Source: Rhodospirillaceae bacterium (lineage in GTDB: Bacteria > Pseudomonadota > Alphaproteobacteria > MPNO01 > UBA2964). Taken from it: a stretch of 64,000 nucleotides of DNA. The notes under the pieces are model-generated. The model was not told the origin of the DNA, made no database searches, and saw only the letters and a list, made by a program, of their open reading frames with translations. Positions 10,974 through 22,298 of this stretch are shown one piece after another. Within the stretch, counting starts at the first letter, position 1; every line of letters starts with the position of its first letter. The position numbers and the translations under genes are program-made. The stretch is taken from NCBI GenBank assembly GCA_038146885.1, contig JAYQSM010000005.1, forward strand, positions 171,949 through 235,948, read 5' to 3'.

Positions 10974-11233
10974 GATCCATCTTTACCTGTTAAGGAACCC
11001 TAACCGCTACTAGTAAATCAGTTATATTAAATTTAAGTACACTTTGATTGGACTTTTCACCCAGTCTAAGAGTGATCCCGATTTTTCAATTATTGTATTG
11101 ATAACTCCAAAAACATCGATCTGAGCAATGCTAAAACATCACTCAGATGGTGAGTCTCAAATAAGGGTCATCAATCTATCGTCGATCCCGACTGGGCACG
11201 CCCCCCCTAGATATCGCATTACACTTCTCTTCT

Positions 11234-11244
11234 CCCCCCCCCCC
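11234..11244. repeat. Homopolymeric C tract of 11 C in the intergenic region between the dehydrogenase and amidotransferase genes
   Basis: The sequence reads tctCCCCCCCCCCCgcg directly. It lies about 260 bp upstream of the amidotransferase start, in a glycan locus where such tracts commonly phase-vary. Confidence 0.6.
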
Positions 11245-11314
11245 GCGAAGCCCGAATTTGATACTTATTCTAACTCAATCTAGAGATGAACAATGAATTG
11301 GCAGGACCCCTCTC

Positions 11315-12592
11315 TCAAAGCCGCAAATCCGTCCACTCCGGGTCCAAAACGTACTTCAGATCGTAAATAACAGACGGATCCTTGCACAAACCTCGAATTT
11401 TATTTGGGCCCATTTCTAAAAATTGCGTATGGCCCACTGCAATGATAATTCCGTCATAATAATTATCTTTCAAACTGGTAACGACTGCTACTCCCAGTTG
11501 ATCTTCCGCTTGTTCAGGGGTTACCCATGGATCAAAAATATCGACCGCACAGCCATGCTGGACAAGTCCGTTAAATACCTCAATGATCAATGTGTTACGA
11601 ACATCAGGACAGTTCTCCTTGAAAGACAGACCCATTATCAGAATTTTCGCCGAATTAATTTGTATATTTCGTGAGGTCATAATCTCAAGAAACTGTGAAA
11701 CAACATAACCGGGCATGGAATCATTGAGTTTTCTTCCTGCAGTTATGATTTGTGGTTCATAACCAAAAGTTCTTGCCTTAAAAGTCAAATAATAAGGGTC
11801 AATCCCAATACAGTGGCCGCCAACCAGACCTGGACGGAACGGGTGAAAATTCCATTTTGTACCGGCAGCCTTGAGCACCTCTTCAGTTTCTATACCCATC
11901 TTATTGAAAATAATCGCTAGCTCGTTCACTAGAGCTATATTTATATCTCTTTGTGCGTTTTCAATAACCTTTGCCGCCTCAGCTATTTTGATACTTTTGA
12001 CCTTAAATGTGCCCGCGGTAATTATTTGGCGATATAAAGAGTCCACCAGGTTGGCAACCTCAGCGTTAGAACCGGAAGTTATTTTCTTGATAGAAGGCAA
12101 TGTATGGTTCGGATCACCTGGATTTATACGTTCAGGCGAATAACCACAAAAAAAGTCCTTATTAAATCGTAACCCTGAGGATTTTTCCAGAACGGGGACC
12201 AACTCTTCCTCAGTCGCCCCGGGATACACGGTTGATTCGAAAATGACTACGTCACCCTTCCCAAGCACACGCCCAATGATATCTGCGGCTGAGATTAACA
12301 TCGATAAATCCGGACATTTTTCAGAGTCAACAGGTGTTGGTACAGTCACAATATAACAATTAGCGCGCTCAAGATCCTCGCTGCTATCAGATATCGCTAA
12401 AAACTTAGCCTCTTTCAATTGAGCAGTGGATACCGCAAGTGTTGGGTCAACACCCGATCGAAGGTCTTCCACCCTTTGAGGGTTTATATCATAACCTATG
12501 ACTGATCTAGTACGCGCAAACTCAACTGCCAAGGGCAATCCCACGTAGCCCAGGCCAACAACTGCCAAACTGAGCTCCTCAAGTTTTCTCAA
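11315..12592 (-). CDS. wbpO: UDP-N-acetyl-D-glucosamine 6-dehydrogenase (TviB/WbpO/Cap5O family nucleotide-sugar dehydrogenase)
   Basis: A 425-aa protein with the near-canonical stretches VVGLGYVGLPLAVEF, ESTVYPGATEEE, GYSPERINPGD, GGHCIGIDPYYL and DIFDPWV. It is collinear with TviB/WbpO as I recall them. Confidence 0.85.
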   Translation of the reverse strand: MRKLEELSLAVVGLGYVGLPLAVEFARTRSVIGYDINPQRVEDLRSGVDPTLAVSTAQLKEAKFLAISDSSEDLERANCYIVTVPTPVDSEKCPDLSMLISAADIIGRVLGKGDVVIFESTVYPGATEEELVPVLEKSSGLRFNKDFFCGYSPERINPGDPNHTLPSIKKITSGSNAEVANLVDSLYRQIITAGTFKVKSIKIAEAAKVIENAQRDINIALVNELAIIFNKMGIETEEVLKAAGTKWNFHPFRPGLVGGHCIGIDPYYLTFKARTFGYEPQIITAGRKLNDSMPGYVVSQFLEIMTSRNIQINSAKILIMGLSFKENCPDVRNTLIIEVFNGLVQHGCAVDIFDPWVTPEQAEDQLGVAVVTSLKDNYYDGIIIAVGHTQFLEMGPNKIRGLCKDPSVIYDLKYVLDPEWTDLRL

Positions 12593-12661
12593 TTTTATAG
12601 CTCCGAGTATGATTTCAAATGTCGCTGTTTAATTTTCCAACGGCTTAATATTGTTAGGAAA

Positions 12662-13672
12662 CTATCGACTCTCATAATATTTCTTGTACCACTCTACAAA
12701 GGCCTTAATCCCCTCCTCTACGGGAGTAAATGGCTCAAAACCTATTTCTGTTCGAAAACTTTCAACGCTCGCCGATGTATTGGTTACATCCCCAGGCTGC
12801 AAAGGCAGAAAATTTTTCTTAGCCTGTATTCCCAGATTGAGCTCCAAAAGATCGATATACTTCATTAGGCTCACTGATTGATCTGAGCCAATATTCAACA
12901 CCCTGAATGGCGCGGTTTCGCTTAGGCCAGGCTGTATAAAATTTGCTTCGCCCCTTGATTTTTTAGGTGGTCGATCGAGGCAACGCACAACACCGGCCGC
13001 AATATCATCAATGTAGGTGAATGAGCGCGCCATATTACCATTGTTGTAAATATTGATTGGCTCCCCTGCTAAGATGGCTTTCGTGAACAAAAAAAGAGCC
13101 ATGTCGGGACGCCCCCAGGGCCCGTAGACCGTAAAAAACCTTAGGCCTGTGGACGGAAAACCAAACAAATGGGAGTAGCAGTGCGCCATCAATTCATTGG
13201 CTCTTTTGGAAGCAGCATACAAACTGAGAGGATGATCAACGCTATCCTTTTCCTCAAACGGCAATTTTGTGTTGCCACCATAGACTGAGCTGGAAGAGGC
13301 ATATACCAGGTGTTTAATATCAAAATTTCGACAGCCCTCCAGAATATTCAAGAACCCAGTTAAATTACTCCTTACATAGGCATGAGGTTGTACCAGGGAG
13401 TGTCTAACGCCCGCCTGCGCCGCCAAGTTTACCACAGTATCCGGACGATGATCCCTAAAGAGCCGGGTTACGCCCTGACAATCCGCTAAATCAATTCGAG
13501 CCTCAGTGAAATTTGGATAGACCTTCAGTTTCGCAAGCCTTGCTTTTTTTAAACTCACTTCGTAGTAGCTATCTAGACTATCGAGCCCGATAACCTCATC
13601 TCCACGGTCTAGTAAGAACTCGCACACTCTGTGCCCAATAAAACCGGCACTCCCGGTCACAATGACTTTCAT
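12662..13672 (-). CDS. NAD-dependent nucleotide-sugar 4-epimerase (UDP-glucuronate 4-epimerase Cap1J/LpsL-like)
   Basis: A 336-aa protein with VTGSAGFIGHRVCEFLL, DSYYEVSLKKARL, YAASKRANELMAH and RFFTVYGPWGRPDMA. Confidence 0.75.
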   Translation of the reverse strand: MKVIVTGSAGFIGHRVCEFLLDRGDEVIGLDSLDSYYEVSLKKARLAKLKVYPNFTEARIDLADCQGVTRLFRDHRPDTVVNLAAQAGVRHSLVQPHAYVRSNLTGFLNILEGCRNFDIKHLVYASSSSVYGGNTKLPFEEKDSVDHPLSLYAASKRANELMAHCYSHLFGFPSTGLRFFTVYGPWGRPDMALFLFTKAILAGEPINIYNNGNMARSFTYIDDIAAGVVRCLDRPPKKSRGEANFIQPGLSETAPFRVLNIGSDQSVSLMKYIDLLELNLGIQAKKNFLPLQPGDVTNTSASVESFRTEIGFEPFTPVEEGIKAFVEWYKKYYESR

Positions 13673-14499
13673 TGAAACGCCCTCCGAACGTTCCAGGCCA
13701 TTACGGATTTATAATATAGGCTTCTTAAGATTGATCCATTGCTGCAATGTCAACATGATTTAGGTCAAGATAGTGAAGATAAATTTGCCTCGAAAACCGG
13801 GCATTGTAGCTGGGCTCACAAAACAGCATCGGCTCTAAAACAAAAGAAATAGAGACAAAAACAATGTATCAATAGGGTTTTTGAGGGTTTAAAAGGTATC
13901 GTAACTCTGCGCCTCGGGGATTTCTTTTTTTAAAATAGCGGCTAGTCTGCCGGATCCCGTGATTTCCGATCCACCTATCATCGAAAAAAGACGCATCATT
14001 CTGTCCTGGCGCTTTTTTAGCTGAAATTGATTGGAGAATAAGGGAATTAGTCACCATTTGAAGGCAATGTTATGCCGGTATGGATCTCGTTAATTGTATT
14101 TGATGAAAGTCATGTTTCTATTAAAATCACTATCCAGCGCACACTAACATTTCATCCTCCTGAGGTATTCTCCGACTGCACCTTCAATGATCTCCAATAT
14201 GTGACTCCATTTCATTTTCTAATCGATGGTGTTCGTTTTCTGATGAAAGTCGACTGGTTTTTTTGCAATTGAAAGGTCTTATCCCCTTTGCACCAAAAAA
14301 GTAACCCAGAGACGCCAATCCAATGTTCTGTCCTGTTTATGATATTGTAAACCTATACGGGCCCCGGGATGATATGTAACCTTGACCTTGAAATCCTCAC
14401 CTGACCTAATGATGGTGTGTGATCCCCAGGGGTCTGAAATATTTTGATTAATCCTCTCAAGTCCTTGATTCAGTTCCTGAGGTTTTCTTTGACTATTTT

Positions 14500-15558
14500 T
14501 TATTTTCTTGAGACACTATTCTTCGAAGAAACAAATACTGCATCCTCCGTGACAGCGACCACTGTGTCTTTGAGCCCCAGAGCTACCAGAAAGGGTCCCT
14601 CACTTCTCAGATAGCTGTTTTCAACGTCATCGGCCAGAACTTCTCCTACGATTACATTGTGATCTTCATCCTTTTTTCCCAAATCCCATAAGGACGACCA
14701 TGAGCCGATCGCCCCACCCCATGCTAATGGGAACTACTACTGACCATCAGTCTTTTCCATTACCGCTAGCATCGATTGACCCCAGCTGGGCATTTACCGA
14801 AAGCACTCATCTAAACGCAAAAATCTTTATCTTTACTGGCCTTGCATACGGCATCGCGAGCAGCCATCAGGGTTTCGACTAAATTTGAGTTCTTCTAAAT
14901 AGCTCTTGCAAGAAAATAGGAATAAACCGCTATTCCAATCATAGTTTCTTCCTTCCTCCACGAATGACTTGGCAAGCTCTAAAGGGGGCTTTTCAATAAA
15001 TTTATCAACTTCGAAGATCCTATCGCTTTTAGGGAGAGGGCGTCCTCTCTTTATGTAGCCATAACCTATTTCGGGCGATTGGGCCTTAATTCCGAAGGTC
15101 ACCAATTTACCCGAAGTTGCAATGGGCAATGCCTTTTCAACAGCTTGTATTAAGGCTTTTTTATTGGAGACAAAGTGATCGGACGGCAGCATTGTGGGAT
15201 TATAGCCTCCCTCATCAACTTTTGAGCTAAATGACGCCACTGCCGCGGCAGGTAGCAGGAGAGCGCTCTGGTTCAAGAACGATAGCATTGGCCTGGACTC
15301 CAATCTCCCTCAATTGTTGGGCTGCCAAAAATCTATGATCATTACACGACAAGGGAGGAAGAAAAACGTCCGATATACGCAACGCTGTTCTTGAAAAAGA
15401 GTGTGTTCGGGAAAAAGAGAAATGAACTGTTTGGTTTCATCCCGCTGAAAGCGGCCAAAAAGTCTAGTCCTGAGCCACCAAGGTAAAGAATTACGGGGAG
15501 AACTAAACTGTGGGCTAAAGTTTCCTATATATTTTAATCTACTCCCTCTGTTTTTCAA
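14500..15558 (-). pseudogene. manC: Mannose-1-phosphate guanylyltransferase (ManC) broken into at least three frameshifted pieces
   Basis: Fragment 15310..15558 has the N-terminal SRLWPLSR/PKQF-like stretch. Fragment 14833..15303 has the central nucleotidyltransferase region (LVTFGIKAQSPEIGYGYIKRG...NSGLFLF). Fragment 14500..14682 has a later segment. Confidence 0.55.
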
Positions 15559-16258
15559 AAACCTAAAGTTTAAAAAAAAAAAAAAAGATTTTCAATTTAA
15601 TGTATTTGATTTCGAAACTTCCGCATTGGGCCTTATTGAAGATTGTTTTGGCAAATAGTACCGCATTAATTGCCTTAATAGAAAAAATACGCCAACAACC
15701 AGTCCTTTTCAGTGGGTCCTGAAGTGCGGAATATTCCAAGTGAGGGAAATTTGAGTTAATGAATTCACTTTTCACATGAATAGCCAGAGCCATCATAGCC
15801 GAATTGGTTCCGAGTTTACTGATAAGGGACGTCAGAGTGATTGTTATCGATAACTAGAATTCTTAATACAATACCTGGTCAAAACACGTCCGAATATTTC
15901 GTTATTTTTAGGATTGCCGCCTGTTCATTAAGACCAATGTTACTGGCTCAGCTTCGACCGTTCCAGGCCCAAGGTGCATAACCTCCCATCTGAGTAAACC
16001 GAATAGCGGGAATGTTCTTATGGTCTGGAGCCAAAAAAAAAATTAAGACCAACATTTTACTAATGAAATAATAAAAGCTTTTTATTAATTAGCCAATTTC
16101 TGAGAGGTGCCAAAGATAATCCCCAGAGTTATAGAACGGACAAACAAATTAAGCAAATTCGAGCGAAGGACCTTTTGAATAGCACTCGGGCCCCGTAATT
16201 CTCAGGATAAACACCGGTGCTCAGAAGGAAAGGGTGCCAATTCGGCATTGAAGAGACC

Positions 16259-17590
16259 CTAAATGCCCAGGCGTCCCAAAGCTTTGCACGTCGTAGTCAC
16301 TAGCTTCTGCCATGGAAAGACCTTGAATAAAATAAAGAGCCCCAGCCCGAAAGATGTGCCATTTGACAGAAAAGCGGCCAAAGCAAGACCCGGAATCCCA
16401 AGCTCCCAATAAACTACAAAAATGATGTTGGCTAAAACCGCGGCAGCAACCCCCGCCCCACTAGTTAAGGTTACCCCCCAGTATAGCTGCCGTGCCTGAA
16501 GTCCACGGTATAAAATTGGGAGCGACATTATAAAAGGAAGAGAGAAGGCAAAACATTGCAAACAAAATGACGCCAGCTGAGTATCAACTTTTAGAAACTT
16601 TCCATAACCAAATAATAACTCAATCACAAAGTCAGCAGCTAACCAAAACAAAATCATGCCCCTGCGCCGGTTAACAGGGCTATTTGATGTATTTTAAAAA
16701 TCACTCTTCTGTCTTCCGCGTTCTGACAGATCCTAGCCATAAGTAACTGGTCCAGGTTCAAGACTCCCTTTGGAGCCATAAGTACCAAAGAAGCCAGGCT
16801 CATAGCTGTAACAACTTTTTCGCCGATAAACGCAGACATTCCCTTTTCAATAAGTAATTGCATGGGGGATAGGGAGGCAGCACAAATCATCGCCAAATAC
16901 TGACGTGTTATCACCCCGCTGAACTTACCACCTTTTAACCGAATTCCGTGGTATTTTCTCGATGCCAGAATCAAGGTAACAAGGGAAAAAAGCCTACCCA
17001 AGGATATTCCTAAGAGAAAGTGATTGGGGCTCCTAGGTCCGCGATAACCAGGGCAACAAATATAATCAACACAAAAAGGTTATTATAGAATTCTGAAACA
17101 AAGTAGGGTGTGTGGACATCTCTTGCTCTTAAAAGAGCCCCATAATGCTGAAAATACATACTGCCAAAAACATATGGAATAAGAATTAGGACAGAGGAGC
17201 AGAAATAATCCCGCTGAAAAAAATCAATCTGAAAATAGGATCCGAAGTCTATAAGACCAATTAATAAAAAAACAAAACATGCTATCACGGCAGAAACATT
17301 GGTGTATCGGGAAGAAGCGAAGAGGCTGTCTCTTGATAGTCCCTCTCTGATCTCTGGAGTGCCTTGACTAAATTGGGGACTCCTACGCTGTCGAGTGAGT
17401 CCGCAAAGATAAGAGGGAGAGCTGTCGCCGCAATCGCCAGAAATACCAGGTCTGTCTCGGCATTCGCGCCAAAATAATAGGCAAAAAGGCTTAACTTTAG
17501 ATACGAAAGGACCTAGAAACCAATGCCAGGCTGGCCGTCTGGGAGAGTAATCTTGAGAAAGAAGGTTTGATAAAACTTAAACTATAAGCC
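16259..17590 (-). pseudogene. wzx: O-antigen flippase (Wzx, MOP superfamily) broken into several frameshifted transmembrane fragments
   Basis: ORFs 16259..16657, 16654..17001 and 17010..17288 and further 5' pieces are consecutive hydrophobic polytopic segments collinear with Wzx. Confidence 0.5.
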
Positions 17591-18069
17591 ATCCAATTTT
17601 ACCACCTAGAGAACCTCAAAGAGGCGCGCATTTGGCGTCAAGAGACTTTTCGGGTTGCACCAAAAGAAAACTCAACGATAGCGGACAAGATTTCCAAAAT
17701 CATACACTTAATAGCCAACCCTTTTACTGACTTTACGGCCCGATAGGTAATCTTTTGCGTTGATCCTAGAGATGATCAAAATCCAACAAAACTTTTCTCC
17801 CTCAAACGAAAAAAAATGCGCCTCCTACCAGCCCTTACATCCCCAAGAGAATTGGATAGATTTCTTTGGCCATCGGGCCCAGCGAGATTACACTTGTGTG
17901 CCACTCTCTCAAAATCATATTTGGTAGGTTATAAACTTTTCATGGGAATGGTTCGACTTAGAGGGGTTTCTTGAAGTAGTCCGAATGATATTCTGAGGCA
18001 GTGATCGAATGGCTTTTTCCCGATAAATTCAACTAATTCCTTGAAACTTTGAAACCCGTCAGCAAGGTG

Positions 18070-18717
18070 TCAAAAATGGGGATGCACTAAGAGCATCATT
18101 ACACGATCATCTTTCTCATTAGCTTCGATAGCCTTGCAGAGCTCATACAGCCATTCCCGAATGTCTTTATTGCCTTTTCTTCCATGCCGGACTGAGTCGT
18201 GATCAACTGGAAAGTTGACCGGGATTTTGATGAGGTTCCGACCATCAAAGCAGGCCTTCAGGTCCAATCTTATTTGATATGGTTTTGAATCCCATGTCAT
18301 CTAGGATCGAATTGGTCCCATTATCAGACAGGAAGGCATGATTACGCCAAGAAACAATTCTCCTCCCAGTGATATCATGGGAGCGAACGAACGGTCTTAG
18401 GATTATCCCTTTTGAAAACCTCTCGGCCATTGACGACCATTCAGCCGACGAAGACCGCCCCAAATTAGCCAAGGTTGATAAGCGCTATAGGTATGACCCG
18501 AAATTTCCATTTCATAATTCTCGGCAATATATCTGAGCAAAACGGGCTCCTCTTCAGCGATTTTTCCAGTCATATAGACATTCGGCCGCACGCCATAGCG
18601 ATTCGCTATTGCCAAATATTTTTCGGTTAATTTTAGTTCTGTTTCTCCATAAGCAAGAGAACCTTGATCATGTCCTCCCATAGAAAAATGATGAACGTCA
18701 GCGCTAACAATAATCAT
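18070..18717 (-). pseudogene. Polysaccharide deacetylase family gene, frameshifted
   Basis: Fragments 18403..18717, 18245..18472 and 18070..18300 are collinear pieces. They include HTYSAYQPW and LLVHPHF-type C-terminal motifs. Confidence 0.45.
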
Positions 18718-18722
18718 CCGGC

Positions 18723-19381
18723 CTATCCCATTTTTTGACCCAGAATGTATAAATACGGACCAAACATTCTGTCAAAAGGATCTGAACGGCAGTATCTCCC
18801 CATTGCACTGCCGATCGCTCGAGCTTCAATGATTCTAAGCCCTGCATCAAGAAACCATCTTTCGACCTGGCCAACTCTCAAGTTGCGTCCGCGGACCATT
18901 TCAAATGTTCCAGATCCCCATTCTTTATTTTTTATGTAAGAGAACCAACGTTTCACAGTATGAGGTCCGATGTGGGGAGTGGTAACCAAAACATACCCTC
19001 CTGACTTTGTAACCCTGGCATGCTCCCTTAACAGCCAGAGATGACCGGGAAAATGTTCAATAACTCCAAGGAGTATGTCAAGTCGAACAAATCGGAGCCA
19101 AATGGCAGAGATCTCGTATCGGCTTCCTGAAAGTCCACATCTTCCATCTCGAGCCTATTATATAAATCTACCGCGGAAAACGTGGATTCGCAGCCGGATC
19201 GACGCAGGAGACGTATCATCCGCCCCGTCCCGACTCCAATCCTAAAATCCGTTCTGAATCGGAGGCAAGACAAGAAAAACCCTTCAAAAAATATTCTTTC
19301 TTGAGGTGCAAGGCGGTCATCAAATTCAACTTTTTGCCAATATTCTCTGATCTCTCTAGACATAGCAGTAATCCAACGCAC
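18723..19381 (-). pseudogene. Class I SAM-dependent methyltransferase, frameshifted into two pieces
   Basis: ORF 19028..19381 carries motif I (GVGTGRMIRLL). ORF 18723..18989 carries the C-terminal part. Confidence 0.5.
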
Positions 19382-19694
19382 ATGATTTAGTTAAATGACA
19401 AACAATTCGGATTCCCAGTTCAGAAAAATCCAATTACACATCTGCACCACTCAGAAGGCCCGTCACCTAAAAACCACTGATCTGCAGGGGGCACAGCCAA
19501 CTCTATTAACTGCAAACCAGTTGTCGGTAACTTTTGTATCTAGGTTTTAGCAGAATAAGCTGACATAACCTATGGTCGAAATTAGATCTTAAAAAAATTA
19601 CAGTTACACGCTATGGGCAAAAATCCAAAAGTAATTTTCGATTCAACCGCTATCACTTAGAATAAGAAATCAACAACCACTCGAGGGGACATCA

Positions 19695-20878
19695 ATGGCT
19701 AATACCGAAGGGAGAGGATTAGTAAGGCTCTCTCAATCAGGATACCTGAATCGACAATTCGATGTCATTAGCAATGCCGAAGATCTAGAACATATTTTTC
19801 TCTGGATGATTTTCCGGTTTTTTAGGTTGCACTGACCAGCCGATAGATAAAGACATCAAAGCTGAGATGTCATTTTCAATCAGCAAAACAAGCGGTTGCG
19901 TTCAGTTAGATAAATTAATTCCTCTACACATATTGTACGCAGAAAATCACGCTACTGTTGTAGGCGAATTATGGGAAAATCATCATAAAAAGTTTGCAGA
20001 ATTCTTGAACGAGTTAAATCCGTAAAAAAAATGTTCTTGAGATAGGTGGTGCCCATGGAATGTTGTGTAAAAATGTTCAGCTAACCAATCCTTCCACAAA
20101 TTGGACAATAATAGAGCCTAATCCAATTCCCGTTGGAAATGTCAAAGCCCAATACATACGGGGTTTTTTTGATAGCTCTTTCAAAACAGATGAAAACTTC
20201 GACATGGTCGTCCACTCTCACACCCTAGAGCATAGCTACAATCCACAAAAATTCATTTCCGATATTTCGAATATTTTATCTTGTGGTAATTTTCATTGCT
20301 TTAGAGTTCAAAACAAAGAGCACTGGCTTAGAAGAAAATATACAAACGCCCTAAATTTTGAACACACCTACTTATTGAATGATGTCTACATCGAGAATTT
20401 ATTGAAGAATAGTGGATTTGAGATCATTAAGAAACAAGACTTTGGTGACAAGCATTCTACATTTTATGCCGCTGTTAAAACTAAAGCAATTTCAGATAGA
20501 AGAGCTTCGTATTCGCAAAAAATGTACGACGACAACTTCAATTTGATATCAGCCTATAGAAGGTATCTAACTGACGAAGTTTCCAAAATCAATAATGAAA
20601 TTAGAAAACAAGAAGGCCCTGTATATCTATTCGGTGCTCATGTTTTCAGTCAAACACTTGTTTGCTTAGGTCTCGATACAAAGAACATCAAGTATCTACT
20701 GGATAACAGCGATGCGAAAATAGGAAAGAGGCTGTATGGAACCAATTTATCAGTTCAAAGCCCCAAAATTTTAAAAGGTGAAAAAAATCCAGTTGTAATA
20801 ATCAGAGCGGGGGCATACCAAAATGAGATTATTAGAGGAATTCGTAATCTTCACAATGGGAATACGGAGTTTATCTAG
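19695..20878 (+). pseudogene. NDP-hexose C-methyltransferase-type enzyme (putative zinc-binding domain plus C-methyltransferase C-terminal domain). The N-terminus is frameshifted and the large C-terminal ORF 20060..20878 is intact.
   Basis: N-terminal pieces near 19695 and 19865 (..SGCVQLDKLIPLHILYAENHATVVGELWENHHKKFAEFL..) resemble the zinc-ribbon/Methyltransf_13 start. ORF 20060..20878 carries the Methyltransf_14-like C-terminal domain. Confidence 0.45.
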
Positions 20879-21808
20879 TTTATCCCACAAAGGGATGTCC
20901 GGTGATCTGATTCATAGCGCTATAGCTTGTCGCTTTGATATGCCAAACCGCTGGGTTGACACATTTAGACTCTGCACTCCTATTCTACTACTGCTTGTTT
21001 CTATAAGTCATATGCACCCGCGGAAAGGCCTAAAAAGCGCTGACTACTCGGGCTTTGTGGATACAACTAGAGATGTCTTCCAATATATTCTGCTAAAAGC
21101 TTGCTGTCTTGGCGACTAAAAATTAGTTTCGTGAGCTGCTAAACTTCGCGTGTTTTAAAATTTAAAAATTTCTAGACCTTACTTTTCCAGAAACCCAAAC
21201 CTTCTGCTATTTTACCCCTGTGCATCCGAGCAGTCATCGTTATTTAAGGTTCGAACTCTCGTGAACCTGCAATCCTTCGTTGTAACGACCTTCTGATTCT
21301 CCCGCCAGTAGAACCTCAAATTACGTTGGAATGAAAGGCCTTTTTTGGCCCTTATAAATAAAGCCTCGTCTTTCAGGCCGAGTTTAAATTTCACATACTC
21401 CGTCCCTACAACAATCTCGACGCCCCGCTTATCTCAAAAGCGAGACAAGAAAACCATCAAAAAATTATTTGAGTTGAAAGCCGGTTATCAAAGTCGGCCT
21501 GTCCTCAAAATTCTTTTGACATGCCTGGATAGAACGATCGTCCACGGCACATCATTTCTTTACAACTACCAAATATGCAGAAGCCCAGTTCGGAAAAAGT
21601 CTGCAAATAAAATTATCCCCCATCGCAAGAAATCGAAAAATAGAACTGCCAAATCTTTTGCCACGAAATACGGCCTTAATAATTCTTCTGCCTCTGGATA
21701 TTGCCCCGAAAATTGGCCTTATAGAACAAATCTTAAGCTCCGATTTATTCACGGCTTTGACAAGGTTATCCTTGCTCCAGCCATCGCTCATAGTTATCAA
21801 AAATTAAA

Positions 21809-22129
21809 TTAGCTCTGATTTGATCCATATTCGGTATGAACAGTAAAGATGAAAGATCCATCCTTTTTTAACAAGCGTCTCACTTCATTAAGATAAAGTT
21901 CAATATTGTCCAAATATTCGAAAAGCCCGAAACAAGTAATAAAATCGAAAGACGAATCTCCGAAGGGAACCAACGAAGCATCTCCATTAATGAAAAATAC
22001 CGATGCCTTGCCTGTATATGTTTCTTTAGCCCCGCGAACCATCTCCAATGAAATATCAAGGCCGCAATAACACTGGGCCCGGTCTCCAAGAAAAGAGATG
22101 ACACGACCCACACCACACCCAAGATCCAA
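21809..22129 (-). pseudogene. SAM-dependent methyltransferase remnant (Methyltransf_11-like) with no N-terminus
   Basis: The 106-aa ORF begins directly at motif I (LGCGVGRV) and continues through ...FDFITCFGLFEYL...LLKKDGSFIF. I found no upstream continuation. Confidence 0.45.
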
Positions 22130-22298
22130 GAGCTTTCCACCGGGAAATCAAAGCCTTCCAGCTCAAAATTGATAGAATTGAGGAACGTTCTTTCTCGGTT
22201 GTCTTCCTCTCTTTAGGTAGGCCCCAACAAGAGAATTATAAATATCTGCTATTTGGTATTTTTCAGTCACCGCACGTATCAAATACCTTTTTTTATGT

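Noticed and set aside
13672-20060. A possible mobile-element or integrase remnant that would explain the local decay.
   Set aside because: No transposase, integrase, inverted-repeat termini or direct target repeats could be recognised anywhere in the window.
21236-21270. A tRNA-like T-loop motif (aaGGTTCGAACtc).
   Set aside because: I found no complementary T-stem or acceptor stem on either strand around it, so it is not a tRNA.
21345-21812. A 155-aa Lys/Arg-rich ORF and the overlapping antisense ORF 21552..21800. I considered a sulfotransferase or a small basic protein.
   Set aside because: I could identify no sulfotransferase PAPS-binding motifs or other family signature. The region lies in the decayed locus and may be a non-coding remnant, so I am leaving it unannotated.
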